Positions 1 to 13,588 of a DNA stretch of 64,000 nt are shown in pieces. Under the pieces are notes generated by a model that was given only the letters and a program-made list of their open reading frames with translations, did not search any database and had not been told where the DNA came from. Source of the stretch: Octopus vulgaris (taxonomy: Eukaryota); the NCBI GenBank assembly GCA_951406725.2, contig OX597834.1, forward strand, positions 36,084,001-36,148,000, read 5' to 3'. The stretch's first letter is position 1, and the number at the start of each line of letters is the position of its first letter. A program made the position numbers and the translations under genes.

Positions 1-279
1 ATATATGATTGGTTCTCGGTGTATTGATCTCTCTAAAATCGAAACCAATCTCGTCAGTATTTGACCTCAGGATGTTGTTGTTATTGTTGTTGTCGTTGTG
101 GCTGTTGTTGTTGTGTGGTGAGAAGCTTACTTTCCAACCACATGGTTCTGGGTTCAGTCTCGGGTTGTGGTACCTTGGGTAAGTGTCTTCCACTACAGCC
201 CTTGGCCGACCAATGCCTTGTGACCTAATTTTGTAGATGGAAACTGTGTAGAAGCTGATAGTATATGCTTCTTATATCT

Positions 280-667
280 TTTATCTTTTACTTGTTTTCA
301 GGGATTAGACTGTGGCCATGCTGGGGCATCATCTTAAAGCGTTTGGTCAAACAAATCAACGCCAGTACTTATTTTATCTAGTAACTCTTTTTTGCCATAT
401 GGCAAAGTTAAAGGGATGTAAACAAACCAACAATGGTTGCCAAACAGTGGTGGGGGTTAAGCACAAAGACACACACACACACACACACATGCATGCATGT
501 ATAAACAAGCTTCTTTCACTTTCCGCTTACCAAATCCATTTACAAAGTTTTGCTTGAACTGGAGCTACAGAAGAAGGCACTTGCTCAAAGTGACAGGCAA
601 TTGGACTGAACCTGGAACCATGTGGTTTAGAAGCACATTTTTTACCACTCACCCAAGTCTGTGGCTC
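280..667 (-). mobile_element. tRNA-derived SINE family A, diverged copy
   Basis: Reverse complement matches the family-A head and tail seen in cleaner copies (e.g. 62008-62419). A diverged 5' half lies at about 112-265 (+). Confidence 0.75.
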
Positions 668-828
668 AGTATATATATGTGTGTGTGTATATGTATGTAT
701 ATATATATATATATATATGTATGTATATATATATGTATATACACACACAAACACACATACTCATATAAATATATTTATTTTGTATTATGTATCATATATA
801 AAATAAAAACATATGCATACACACTACG

Positions 829-1175
829 AACCACATGGTTCCGGGTTCAGTCCCACTGCGTGGCACCTTGGGCAAGTGTCTTCTACTATAGCCTCGGGCC
901 GACCAAAGCCTTGTGAGTGGATTTGGTAGACGGAAACTGAAAGAAGCCCGTTGTATATATGTTTATATATATATGTGTATGTTTGTGTGTTGTTTGTCCC
1001 CACCCCCAACATCGCTTGACAACCGATGCTGGTGTGTTTACGTCCCCGTAAATTAGCGGTTCGGCAAAAGAGACCGATAGAATAAGTACTAGGCTTACAA
1101 AGAATAAGTCCTTTAGTCGAGGAACTCGACCCCAGACTGTGGTCAGATGACTGAAACAGGTAAATGAGTAAATGA

Positions 1176-1178
<3 letters not shown>
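829..1178 (+). mobile_element. SINE family A, 5'-truncated
   Basis: Box B GGTTCAGTCCC, CCTTGGGCAAGT core-like block, internal TA/TG repeat, GACTGAAAC tail. Confidence 0.85.
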
Positions 1179-1220
<42 letters not shown>

Positions 1221-1680
1221 TCATCATCACTTTAAAATACATCCTCATCAGCAACACAGGCACACCACTGAAGACTGGGTCTTGGGAATTGCTTGCTCCG
1301 CATTCCTCCATATTCCTCAAGCGAAAAAAAACAACAAACCCCTTGCTAATCTTCTCTCCAGCATATAAACACAAAAACCAAAAACTAAAAAACAACAACA
1401 ACAACAACAACAACAAATTCGAAGAAGACGTCGCAAGTGAGAGATGTCAACGACCTAAACGTATCGATAAAGTATAGAAATACAAAACACTGCAGGTGAA
1501 CGGTATAACAATGTGTGCAGCACCAGTGTAGCTTACTGCTGTTGCACCAAACTGTACTATAACATAACCGTAAGGGGTGTATGTGTGTGTGTGCCTCTGT
1601 GTATATATTTATGTGTGTGTGTGTATGTATATGTGTGTGTGTGTATGTGTGTATGTATATATATGTGTGTGTGTGTGTGC

Positions 1681-1773
<93 letters not shown>

Positions 1774-1775
<2 letters not shown>

Positions 1776-2004
1776 CAGCGAGCTAGCAGAATCGTTAGCG
1801 CGCCGGGCGAAATGCGTAGCCGTATTTCGTCTGCCGTTACATTCTGAGTTCAAATTCCGCCGAGGTCGACTTTGCCTTTCATCCTTTCGGGGTCGATAAA
1901 TTAAGTACCAGTTACGCACTGGGGTCGATGTAATCGACTTAATCCGTTTGTCTATCCTTGTTTGTCCCCTCTGTGTTTAGCCCCTTGTGGGTAGTAAAGA
2001 AATA
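1774..2004 (+). mobile_element. tRNA-derived SINE family B (MetaSINE-like central domain)
   Basis: Box B-like GAGTTCAAATTCC. The block CTTTCATCCTTTCGGGGTCGATAAATTAAGTACCAG resembles the Meta/Sauria-SINE central domain. More copies at 20487-21840. Confidence 0.8.
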
Positions 2005-2024
2005 TATATATATATATGTATATA

Positions 2025-2189
2025 GGCACAGACGTGGCTGTGTGGTAAGAAGATTGCTTACCAACTACATGGTTCTAGGTTCAGTCCCACTGTGTGGCAC
2101 CTTGAGCAAGTGTCTTCTTCTATAGCCTTGGACCAACCAAAGACTTTTGAGTGGGTTTGGTAGACTGAAACTGAAAGAAGCCCATCATG

Positions 2190-2239
<50 letters not shown>

Positions 2240-2466
2240 GTGTGTGTGTCTATGTTTGTTTCCCCCATCATCGCTAAACAACTGACGCTGGTGTGTTTAT
2301 GTCCCCTGTAACTTAGCGGTTCGGCAAAAGAGACCAACAGAATAAGTACTAAGCTTACAAAGAATATGTCCTGGGGGTGGGGGTCGATCTGTTCGACTAA
2401 AGGTGGTGCTCCAGCATGGCCGCAGTCAAATGACTGAAACAAGTAAAAGGGTAAAAGAGTAAAAGA
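2025..2466 (+). mobile_element. SINE family A, full length
   Basis: Box A TGGCTGTGTGG, box B GGTTCAGTCCC, internal (TA)n(TG)n, (GTAAAAGA)n tail. Confidence 0.9.
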
Positions 2467-2577
2467 TTAATTATAAGTGTATATATATGTATGTATGAAT
2501 GTATGTATGTTGTATGATTGTTGTATGTATCTGTGTATACAGGTATGCATGAATTTATGGATGTATGTATGTATGTA

Positions 2578-2803
2578 CAAGAGGGTGCTTGGAGGTTCCT
2601 GGCTTTGGGTAGAATAAAATACAGGAGAATGAGTTTATTGTGATTCTATTCCCCTAACATATTCCCCTTTCAGATTCATATATTTATTGCAGCGGTCCTT
2701 CAGTTTTTTTTTTCTAAACCCTGTAAAAGAACTGGGAAGGTTGGGCCTCCAACCTGACCCTTTGCGACACCCTTAAAGCCAGGAACTTTTCGGCAGCCCC
2801 TTG
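2578..2803. mobile_element. Mariner-derived MITE (about 220 bp)
   Basis: Ends GAGGGTGCT..GTTCCTGGCTTT and AAAGCCAGGAACTTTTC..CCCCT are inverted. The interior resembles a mariner transposase C-terminus on the minus strand. Copies at 23590-23795, 25478-25688 and 35936-36106. Confidence 0.75.
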
Positions 2804-2811
2804 TGTATATG

Positions 2812-2869
2812 TATCGTTCAATACCATAGACAGGTCAAGATTCTAGTATGTGTGCATGCACACACACAC

Positions 2870-2914
<45 letters not shown>

Positions 2915-2923
2915 CACACACAC

Positions 2924-2960
<37 letters not shown>

Positions 2961-3020
2961 GTGTGTGTGTGTGCATGCACACATACTAGAATCTTGACCT
3001 GTCTATGATAGTGAACGATA
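2812..3020. repeat. Fold-back inverted repeat (about 60 bp arms) around TA/CA microsatellite
   Basis: 2812-2870 is the near-perfect reverse complement of 2960-3020. Confidence 0.9.
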
Positions 3021-3034
3021 TATATATATATATA

Positions 3035-3197
<163 letters not shown>

Positions 3198-3259
3198 CAT
3201 ATACATATATGTATGAGTGCATATGGAGGTATATATTTACATACGTGTACATACATATG

Positions 3260-3293
<34 letters not shown>

Positions 3294-3559
3294 TACATAT
3301 GTATACACACACATACACGTATGTATGTATGTATGTATGTGTGTATGACTATTTTAACTCTAAAATACTACATTTGTTTGCCTTGTTACTATAACATAGT
3401 AAACTAACTACTACTACTACTACTACTACCACCACTACCACCACCACCACCACCACCAGCAACACCATTACTAATCAAACTGTTTCTAATATAGTAAAGT
3501 ATTACAACCACCACCACCACCAACAACAGCAACACTGTTTCTTTTACAACCATCCTAAA

Positions 3560-3615
<56 letters not shown>

Positions 3616-4474
3616 TCGTGACTGGTACCACTGCTATCACCTCTATAACCACAGTGATAACTACTATCATTGTCACCATCACCCACCTTCAAAACCACCA
3701 CTACCACCACCACCACCAATAACAACAACAACAACAACAGCAACAACTACAACAACATATAAACCACACCTCTCCTATCTACCATTCCAACAACAACAAC
3801 AACAGCATAAACGTATGCAGCTGTCTTCTCTCTTCTGCAAAAAAAAATCCACCACCATTACCACCATCAACACCACAACCACTACCACCACTAGCATAAG
3901 CACCACCACTACCACAACCACTACCACCACCACCACGACCACCACCACCAACACCACCTGCATACTCACTCTCCTCACACCTCTCTCCTATTAATCTATA
4001 AGGAATAAGACACCTTAGCACTAAATGACCTAGACGTACCAATCCTTGTTTACAAACACCAGTAGGGTTGCACAACACTTATGTATCATACAATTTAATG
4101 AGTTGAGAAAAAAAAAAAAAGCAAAACTTTGAGTAATTAGCAGATAAAAACTCCCTCCCTCCACGAAGGGGATTAAAATCAGAAAAACAGCAAAGAAGGG
4201 ACATAATTCCAATAACACTGAATGAAGGAGACTTTTGAGCAATACAGATGTAATACAACCCAACTCCAGCCTCACCTTCAGGTCACTCTTTGAGAGATTT
4301 CCATCTCTCTTGTGCAAACATCTTATTGCTCATCACTCATGCTTTTTCTTCAGAGTGCTAGATTAAGCATTAAGCAAAAATAAGCATGTGCTTAGGGCAT
4401 CAAGGGAAAGGAGGGAAGGGGGAGGACCCACAAAAATTGTAAATGGTTTATGGCACAAAAGAAAAATCACTTTC

Positions 4475-4800
4475 ATCATCATCATTGTCATCAGCGTTTA
4501 ACGTCCGTTTTCCGCGCTAGCACGGGTTTGACGGTTCGACCGGAGTCTGGGAAGTCAGGGGCTGCACCAGGCTCCAGTCTGATCTGGCAGTGTTTCTACA
4601 GCTGGATGCCCTTCCTAATGCCAACCACTCTGTGAGTGTAGTGGGTGCTTTTTACGTGCCACCTGCACAGGTGCCAGGGGGGGTCTGGCATCAGCCACGA
4701 TCGGTTGGTGCTTTTAACGTGCCACCGGCATGGAAGCCAGCCAAGGCGGCGCTGGCATCGGCCACGTTTGGATGGTGCTTTTTATGTGCCACCGACACCA
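4475..4800 (-). mobile_element. Short retroposon family E with (GAT)n tail and internal subrepeats
   Basis: (CAT)n GTTTAACGTCCG..GGATGCCCTTCCTAA..GGTGCTTTTTACGTGCCACC repeated. Copies at 5737-6146 (+), 7572-7740 (+), 18048-18350, 22379-22670, 25108-25330 and 25887-26048 (all -). Confidence 0.85.
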
Positions 4801-5140
4801 CTTGCTAAAATGATATTCAAAGTGGTTTCTGTGATCGGAAATATAACTTCAAAGTATTCATGGTGTCATAATTTTTGAGATTTCATTGACATGATTGTTT
4901 ACCTTTTGAATGACATTGCAGGGTAGGTGTGAGACGCCTGATCTGTCCAATTCGAACATAGTATGGATCTGATCAAAGACTTTGTAATTAAAAAAAGCAG
5001 GAGAAAACTTTTCAGATATCAATAAAGTGGAAGTATGCAAAAATAAACATTATTTTCCCTCTTACTGTTTGTTTTGTTTCTATTTAGTGTAATAGTTTCT
5101 TTTATGGTTTATATTTTGAATTACACATGTATGGGGGCAC

Positions 5141-5215
<75 letters not shown>

Positions 5216-5384
5216 TATGTATATGTATATGTATATATATATATATGTGTGTGTGTGTATATATGCGCCTTCAAAAAAAAAAATATATATATATATATAT
5301 ATGTGTATATATATATATATGCGCCTTCACAAATATATGTGTATACATGCATCTTTACAAATATATATGTGTGTGTGTGTCTTC

Positions 5385-5421
<37 letters not shown>

Positions 5422-5602
5422 CATACATGTCTTTTAAATTTGTTTATGGGAACTGTTTTGAATATGCAACTAAAGCTCCTATTCCATTATGCCAGCCACA
5501 GTCTAATGATGCAGAGTGGTGAAGCAGGGTTTTTGGGGGTGCATCGACCTGTACTGATACATAATGTAGGATAAATATAGTAATAATAACAATAACCTAC
5601 CC

Positions 5603-6350
5603 CAGTAGTTCTCAACTGGGATCCATAGGGCCCCTGAAAGTCCATATAATGTTTTGGGAGGGTCCATGCAAGAAAATAGTAAATAGGGGGCCCACAATAG
5701 TATTTTAAGGGCCCCTGAAAAAATTTTGTTTTAGATCGATTAACATCAATGGAAACTGTAGCTGTGATACCAGTGCCGGTGGCTCATAAGAGAACCATCT
5801 GAACGTGGCCATTGCCAGCTCCGCCCCGACTGCCTCTGTGCCAGTGGCACGTAAAAAGCACCATCCGATTGTGGCCGTTGCCAGCCATGCCTGGCCTCTG
5901 TGCCGGTGGCACGTAAAAAGCACCATCCGATCGTGGCCGTTTGCCAGCTTTGTCTGAAACCTGTGCCGGTGGCACGTAAAAAGCACCCACTACACTCATG
6001 GAGTGGTTGGTGTTAGGAAGGGCATCCAGCTGTAGAAACATTGCCAGATCATACTGGAGCCTGGTGCAGCCTTCTGGCTTCCCAGACCCCAGCTGAACCG
6101 TCCAACCCATGCCAGCATGGAAAGCAGATGCTAGACGATGATGATGTTTGTATTAAAAGAAACAGTGAGGTTTCTTTCTCTAACATTTTACATAGTTCGA
6201 CCTACACAATTTAATGTGTGGAAAGCAAATTGAAAGAAATTTCTGTAAGTCTAGTTTTTAAATATTGAATGGCTATGGAGGGGGGGGGGTCCACCAGAAT
6301 AAAATAGTAATCAAAGGGGTCCATACATAAAAAATAGTTAAGAACCTCTG
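5603..6350. mobile_element. hAT (Charlie-like) MITE interrupted by a family-E retroposon (5737-6146)
   Basis: TIRs CAGTAGTTCTCAAC and GTTAAGAACCTCTG. Degenerate 8-bp flanks ACCTACCC/ATCTACGT resemble the NTCTAGAN target. Confidence 0.75.
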
Positions 6351-6502
6351 ATCTACGTGATTCCCATGGATAGTACAGACCACACTGTAACCATCTCAGC
6401 AATACTGACTGATACAGTTCTATATTTAAGACATGAGGAATTATTTACGTTATTTACATCATTTATATTTGATAAAGATTTGTCCTCATCTTGTTTGTTG
6501 TT

Positions 6503-6548
6503 AACACAACATTTCGGCTGACATACCTTCCAGCCTTCATCAGGTGTC
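6503..6548 (-). ncRNA. Minimal type-I hammerhead ribozyme motif
   Basis: GACAC CTGATGA A GGCTG-gaaggtatgt-CAGCC GAAA TG TT GTGTT: stems I and II pair and the core is intact. Confidence 0.75.
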
Positions 6549-6625
6549 TTGGGGGAAATTTCGAACCTGGGTTCTCATTCCTAAGGTACTTTTTCGATGT
6601 TATTATTATTATTATTATTATTATT

Positions 6626-7175
6626 GAGTGAGAGAGCAGTTCATGCCATTAAAGTGACACTGGGGTAAAATATACGAAGCCCAATATACCCATCATGACT
6701 ACCCGTCTGATAAGGGTACACCAGGCACATGCATCACAACCATATGCGACATGGTGATCTCATATCAAGATAAACAGCACATGACCTTGCAGGTGGGGCC
6801 CAGTTAGAATTTTCTTCAGGTTGAGTAGCCCATCCTGCTCAAAGGGTCCCTGAATAAGGGTTGTTTAAGGATGTTGAAAGAACCACTCATGTTTCCAGAG
6901 GTGAATTATTCAAACCCCAAAGAATCCCACTCAACACACGGCTATGATGCTCCCCCACTACTTCTGCTCGTGATCAGAGATGCACATATCATCAGCCACT
7001 AAGGGACATACTCAACTGGCTATGGTCAAACAACTGACAAGCAATTCTGTGGTATTGAGCAGAATATTTGCTGTAGCCCATCTTTTATACCAAGACAAAA
7101 CAATGAACATGATAACACTGCCAATCAGTTAAGATCAGAAGCCATGAGAGCCACTGCCTGGTACTGCATCAGGGC

Positions 7176-7178
<3 letters not shown>
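6626..7178 (-). mobile_element. About 550-bp non-coding interspersed repeat embedded in (TAA)n
   Basis: A highly similar copy lies in opposite orientation at 39325-39870. Both are flanked on each side by TAA/TTA repeats. Confidence 0.85.
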
Positions 7179-7218
<40 letters not shown>

Positions 7219-7248
7219 CATTATCTTAATCACTATGCCATATGCCAC

Positions 7249-7480
7249 GGGCACATGGTGTAGTGGCTAAGTGTGCGGTCTACTAACCTCAAGATTCTGA
7301 GTTCGATTCCAGGCAGTGACCTGAATAATAATAATAATAACAACATCGAAAAATACCTTAGGAATGAGAACCCAGGTTTGAAATTTCAACAAGACACGTG
7401 ATGAAAGCTGGAGGGCATATCAGCCAAAACATTGTGTTAACAACAAACAAGATGAGGACAAATATCTGTCAAATGTAAAT
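7249..7480 (+). mobile_element. tRNA-headed SINE-like element carrying a decayed hammerhead
   Basis: Box A TGGTGTAGTGG (7256-7266), box B GTTCGATTCC (7301-7310), (AAT)n linker, then a body that is an inverted copy of about 6445-6600 with a hammerhead at 7393-7438. Confidence 0.75.
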
Positions 7481-8063
7481 ACATATATTTATATATATAT
7501 ATATGTATGTATGTATATTATATATATATATATATGTATGTATGTATGTATGTATATTATATATATATATCACGGAGTGGTTGGCATTAGGAAGAGCATC
7601 CAGCTGTAGAAACACTGCTAGATCAGACTGGAGCCTGGTGCAACCTCCTGGCTTCCCAGACCCCGGTCGAACAGTCCAACCCATGCTAGCATGGAAAACG
7701 GACGTTAAACGATGATGATGCTGATGATGATGATGATGACATAAATATATATATAGGTATTTATATGTATATATATATATATGTGTGTGTGTGTATCTTT
7801 GTCATTGTTTGTATTTTCCCCTCCTCCACCACTTGACAAATGGTGTTGGTGTGTTTACGTCCCTGAAGCTTATTGGTTTGGGAGGAGAGACTGACAGAAT
7901 AAGTACCAGATGCTAACAAAAATCAAGTACGAGGGCCGATTCCTTCAACTAAAAATTCTTCAAGGCAGTGCCCCAGCATGGCCGCAGTCTAATGATTGAA
8001 ACGAGTTAAAGACAAAACATACATACATACATTCATATATACATACACATATATATATACATA

Positions 8064-8470
8064 CAGGAGTGGCTGTGTGGTAAGTAGCTTGCTAACCAAC
8101 CACATGGTTCCTGGTTCAGTTCCACTGCGTGGCATCTTGGGCAAGTGTCTTCTACTATAGCCTTGGACCGACCAAAGCCTTGTGAGTGGATTTGGTAGAC
8201 GGAAACTGAAAGAAGCCCGTCGTATATATGTATGTATATATATATGTGTGTGTGTATGTTTGTGTGTCTGTGTTTGTCCCCCCTAGCATTGCTTGACAAC
8301 CGATGCTGGTGTGGTTACGTCCCCGTCACTTAGCGGTTCGGCAAAAGAGACCGATAGAATAAGTACTGGGCTTACAAAGAATAAGTCCCGGGGTCGATTT
8401 GCTCGACTAAAGGCGGTGCTCCAGCATGGCCGCAGTCAACAGACTGAAACAAGTAAAAAAGTAAAAGAGA
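8064..8470 (+). mobile_element. SINE family A, full length
   Basis: Complete head, core, microsatellite and tail match. Confidence 0.92.
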
Positions 8471-8989
8471 ATATATATATATATATACGCACATACACAT
8501 ACACTAGCTTACACACACAAGCGTACATAGTACACATGTATGTGTGTGAGAGAGAGAGAGAGAGAGGGGGGATAGAGACTGTGTGAGTGTATATATGTGT
8601 GTATATGTGTGTTTGCGTGACGTAATGCAGTAGTTTTATAACAGATCTGTGTGAAGCGAGTCGTGTCCGTGACCTGATTCTAAGCCCCTACGACGACTAA
8701 CTCCCACGGTGACGTCATCGTTTCTCCTCGGTGGGGAAAACGATGACCGACACCACATCCACAATTGATCCGCTGCAAGAAAACAAAACAAAACAAAAAC
8801 AAAACGAACCAAAAACAAAATCAAAACAGAAAGATACTGGAATTTTGGTCATCGTGTGCGTTTGTGAGTGAATAGGCGTATACATACATACATACATACA
8901 CACACATTATATATATATTATTTATGTTTGTTTATGTTTTCCAGTTTCAGCTCTTGAGCTGTGGCCATGCTGGGGCACCACCATTATAT

Positions 8990-10386
8990 ATATGCGTGTG
9001 AGAGTGTGTGTGCGTGTAAGAATATATTTGTGTAAGAATGTGTGAAAGAAGAAGTGTGTGTATCTGCGTGTGTGTGTGCGTGCGCGGGTATGTATGAGTG
9101 CGTGTATGTATGTATGCATGTATGTATGTGTATGTATGTATGTATGTATGTATGTATGTATGTATGTATGTATGTATGTATGTATGAGTGCGTGTATGTA
9201 TGTATGTATGTATGTATGTATGTATGTATGTATGTATGTATGAGTGCGTGTATGTATGTATGTATGTATGCATGTATGTATGTATGTATGTATGTATGTA
9301 TGTATGTATGTATGTATGTATGAGTGCGTGTATGTATGTGTGTATGTATGTATGTATGTATGTATGTATGTATGTATGTATGTATGTATGTATGTATGTA
9401 TGTACGTATGAGTGCGTGTATGTATGTGTGTATGTATGTATGTATGTATGTATGAGTGCGTGTATGTATGTATGTATGTATGTGCGTTTATATATGTATT
9501 TTTTATTAATATTTAGCAGAAGCAACGGAGTGACTCAAAGTCCGAGAGTTTCGTGCGTTGGCATTTATCAAACCTGTGTGTGTGTAAGAATATATTTGTG
9601 TGTGAATGTGTGAAAAAGAGAGAGGGAGAGTGTGTGTATGTGTGTGCGTGTAAGAATATGTTTCTGTATGAATGTAAGAGAGAGTGTGTGTGTGTGTGTG
9701 TGTGTGCGTGCGCGTGTAACAATATATGTGTGTGTGTGTGAGAGTGTGTGTGCGTGTATGTTTGTGTATGAATGTGTGAAAAAGAGAGAGAGTGTGTGTG
9801 TGTGTGCATGCGCGTATAACAATATATGTGTGTGTGTGTGTGTGTGAATGTGCGTGTGAGAGTGTGTGTGCGTGCGCGGGTATGTATGAGTGCGTGTATG
9901 TATGTATGTATGTATGTATGGATGTATGTATGTGCGTTTATATGTATGTATGTATGAGTGCGTGTATGTATGTATGCGTGTATGTATGTATGTATGTGTG
10001 TATGTATGTATGAGTGCGTGTATGTATGTATGTGTGTATGTATGTATGTATGTATGAGTGCGTGTATGTATGTATGTATGTGTGTATGTGTACCAACGTA
10101 ACAGAGACGTATAATGCAACAGCCGTTGTTGACGTTCACACACGCGCACACAAACATACATAAATTTATGCGTGTATAGAAAACACTTTGTGACGCTCAA
10201 ACGATTTGAACTTGCACTCCTGATATTTTCATCGAGCCCTGTCTGTCTGTCAGCGCGCGCGCGCGTGTGTGTGTATGTATGTATGTATGTATGTATGTAT
10301 GTATGTATGTATGTATGTATGTATGTATGTATGTATGTATGTATGTATGTATGTATGTATGTATGTATGTATGTATGTATTATGTA

Positions 10387-10460
<74 letters not shown>
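8990..10460. repeat. Composite (TATG)n/(TG)n microsatellite with internal block duplications
   Basis: Long GTAT runs punctuated by GAGTGCGT. The block GTGCGTGCGCGGGTATG occurs at about 9077 and 9868. Confidence 0.9.
9527..9574 (-). ncRNA. Hammerhead-like motif, U3-A8 core variant, GUC triplet
   Basis: GGT TTGATAA ATGC-caac-GCAC GAAA CTC..GAG TC ACT. The 10.1-11.1 pair is mismatched here but G-C in the relative at 32467. Confidence 0.55.
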
Positions 10461-10462
<2 letters not shown>

Positions 10463-11219
10463 GAGGGCTGGGGGATGCACACTCACTTTTTACAATCTTA
10501 ATTCTCAACGAAGTACAGATTAAAAAACCAACATATACTTGTGTATGTATATACAACGTTAAGTATGCTCACCGAATATATACGGGATGTATACAAAAAT
10601 ACAAGAAACTAGTACACATACACACACACACATACACACACACATATATACATATACACATGTACGTTGTAAGTGTTGTGTGTGTGTATGTGTGAGTTAA
10701 TGTCAGGTGTGCCGCTGTCTTTGCAAACATCCATCACAATTTTGTTGATGTAAATATTTGAGTGCGTGTATATGCGGTTACCTTTTACATGTAGACATAC
10801 ACACGCATACAGGTGTGTATATATATACACGCATACGCTTGTGTGTGACCGTAAACATACTTACATACATACACACATGCATACATAAACATACATATTA
10901 TACATACATTCATAAACACACACACATACGTAGAGTTACAATTATAGACAAACAATTATAAATTAAGATTAGAGCCTCATCAATTATCAGTTTCTTTATA
11001 AACCTTTTATACAGAATCTCATGGCAAACCGAGTGGATATAGATATACATATATATATTGATTTACAGCTGAAGAGAGAAATGTTTTCACGAATGTCAAC
11101 ATAATTTATTTGTTTGTTGCAGTATGTGTTTCGTATCTGACAATTGGCAGGTGTTGGCGTTTATGAGAAATCTGGGTGATGCACTTTTAGGCATAAATGG
11201 AATTTTAATGAATAGATTT

Positions 11220-11238
11220 ATAGGCAGACAGACAGATT

Positions 11239-11276
<38 letters not shown>

Positions 11277-11518
11277 GTGGCAAACAAGACGGACAGATAG
11301 ATAGACAGACAGGCGGGAAAATGGATAGATAGATGGGTAGATAAATAGATGGATAGATAGATGGATAGATAGGTACATAGGTAGGTAGATAGGTAGATAG
11401 ATAGATAGACAGACAGATGGATAGATAGATAGATAAATAGATAGATGGATAGATAGGGAGAAATATAGATAGATAGATAAATAGATAGATAGACAGACAG
11501 ATAGATATATAGATATAT

Positions 11519-11559
<41 letters not shown>

Positions 11560-11584
11560 CAGACAGATGGATGGATAAACAGAC

Positions 11585-11644
<60 letters not shown>

Positions 11645-11660
11645 TGATAGATTGATAGAT
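11220..11660. repeat. (GATA)n/(GACA)n microsatellite
   Basis: Direct observation. Confidence 0.95.
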
Positions 11661-12149
11661 CTGCATTTTGTCTGTGTAAACATTGAGTATATAAATATTG
11701 ATGACCTTGTGAGTGCGTATATACATATGTTTATGCACATATACACACGTATATATACATGTATGCATGTGAGTGTGTATGTGTGTATATATATATATAT
11801 ACACGCGCGCGCGCATATTTATATATATTTATATACGCGGTCACACGCACGCACTCACACATATATAGATGGATGGTGCGTGTATGTTGAGCCAACGTGC
11901 GTATTTATGTATAGTCGTGTGTGTACACTTATATATAAATATACATTCCATTCTCAACTGAATGTACAAAGTATACATCACACACACACACACATATATA
12001 TATATACGTATGTATATCTGTGTATATGTATTTGTGTGTGTGTGTATGTATATATATATAATTGGGTCATCTAGCATCCGAATGCAGATGCGACAGCAAC
12101 TAAATGTATGTATATAACGTGTGTGTATATGTGTGTGTGGTGTGCGTGT

Positions 12150-12195
<46 letters not shown>

Positions 12196-12257
12196 GTATT
12201 TATATATGTATATACATGCATGAAAAGACCTGTTCAGAGAAAATATATAAATAGCAG

Positions 12258-12296
<39 letters not shown>

Positions 12297-12553
12297 AAGC
12301 AATTGTTATTATTATCATTATTATTTTTATGTTTCACTTTACTAACCAGATATTTGACAGATTTGGAGGAGTTAAGCCTGCTTATCCCTGTTAAAATAAA
12401 TGACTTGTGTTCGTGCAAAACATACACACTGGTTTGTTGATGTAGGTGCTTAGCGGTTAGTTCCCACAGTTCAAATGCTGGATAACTCCTCTCTTCTCTC
12501 TTGACTGTCTGTCTATCTGTGTGAGTGTGTATGTATGTATAAATATATACATA

Positions 12554-12659
<106 letters not shown>

Positions 12660-12898
12660 CACACACACACATATACACATATATATATATATGTATATGT
12701 GTGTGTGCATGTATGTGTGTGTATATATATACATACATACATGCATGTCATTTATTACATATATTATACATGTAGAGAGAGAGAGAGGTAAGTTTCACAA
12801 CACCCATCTCATTGTTTTGTAACTGGAAGATATATATATATACACACAAACACACACGTGTATACACGGAGCTAGCTACCAAGATAGATAGATAGATA

Positions 12899-12938
<40 letters not shown>

Positions 12939-13067
12939 CACACAAACACGTGCACGCACATACACACAGCACACACACACACACACAAATATGTAGTGTA
13001 GAAAAATTTTGGGATGGTCACTGGTGGAATGTCTTTCAGCATAGGCCCGCTTGTTTGGAGACAATGG

Positions 13068-13098
<31 letters not shown>

Positions 13099-13471
13099 CA
13101 CACCTATAAAATATAAAGCATTTGTACGGGTGTGTATAAGTGCAGGTGTCAGTATACCCATTAAATTAGTCCAACTGTAGCATCGTTAGATTACATTATT
13201 AATATCATCATTTAATTACGATAAATTATTAATGATAACGATTATTCAAATTAATATCCCATTTACGTTTGCATGTGCGTGTGTGAACGTATCTATATGT
13301 ATGTATGTATGAATGTCTACCCATGTCTGTCTTTTATCCTGTTTCACTCCTTTTAGCCATTGGACGGCGGGCCATGCTGGGGCACCGTGAAGAAGGATTT
13401 TAGTCCCCCCCCCCCCAGCACTCTGCTCTGAGAGTGCATGTGTTATATATACATACATACATTCATACATA

Positions 13472-13502
<31 letters not shown>

Positions 13503-13519
13503 TATATGTATGTATGTAT

Positions 13520-13588
<69 letters not shown>

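Noticed and set aside
8293-8586. Recurrent ORFs MTTDAGVFTSPSLSGSAKETDR / MSSNARGTNTDT
   Set aside because: They recur only because they are translations of SINE family A.
11069-11100. CTGAAGA-containing hammerhead candidates (also 25736)
   Set aside because: No GAAA with consistent stems I and II.
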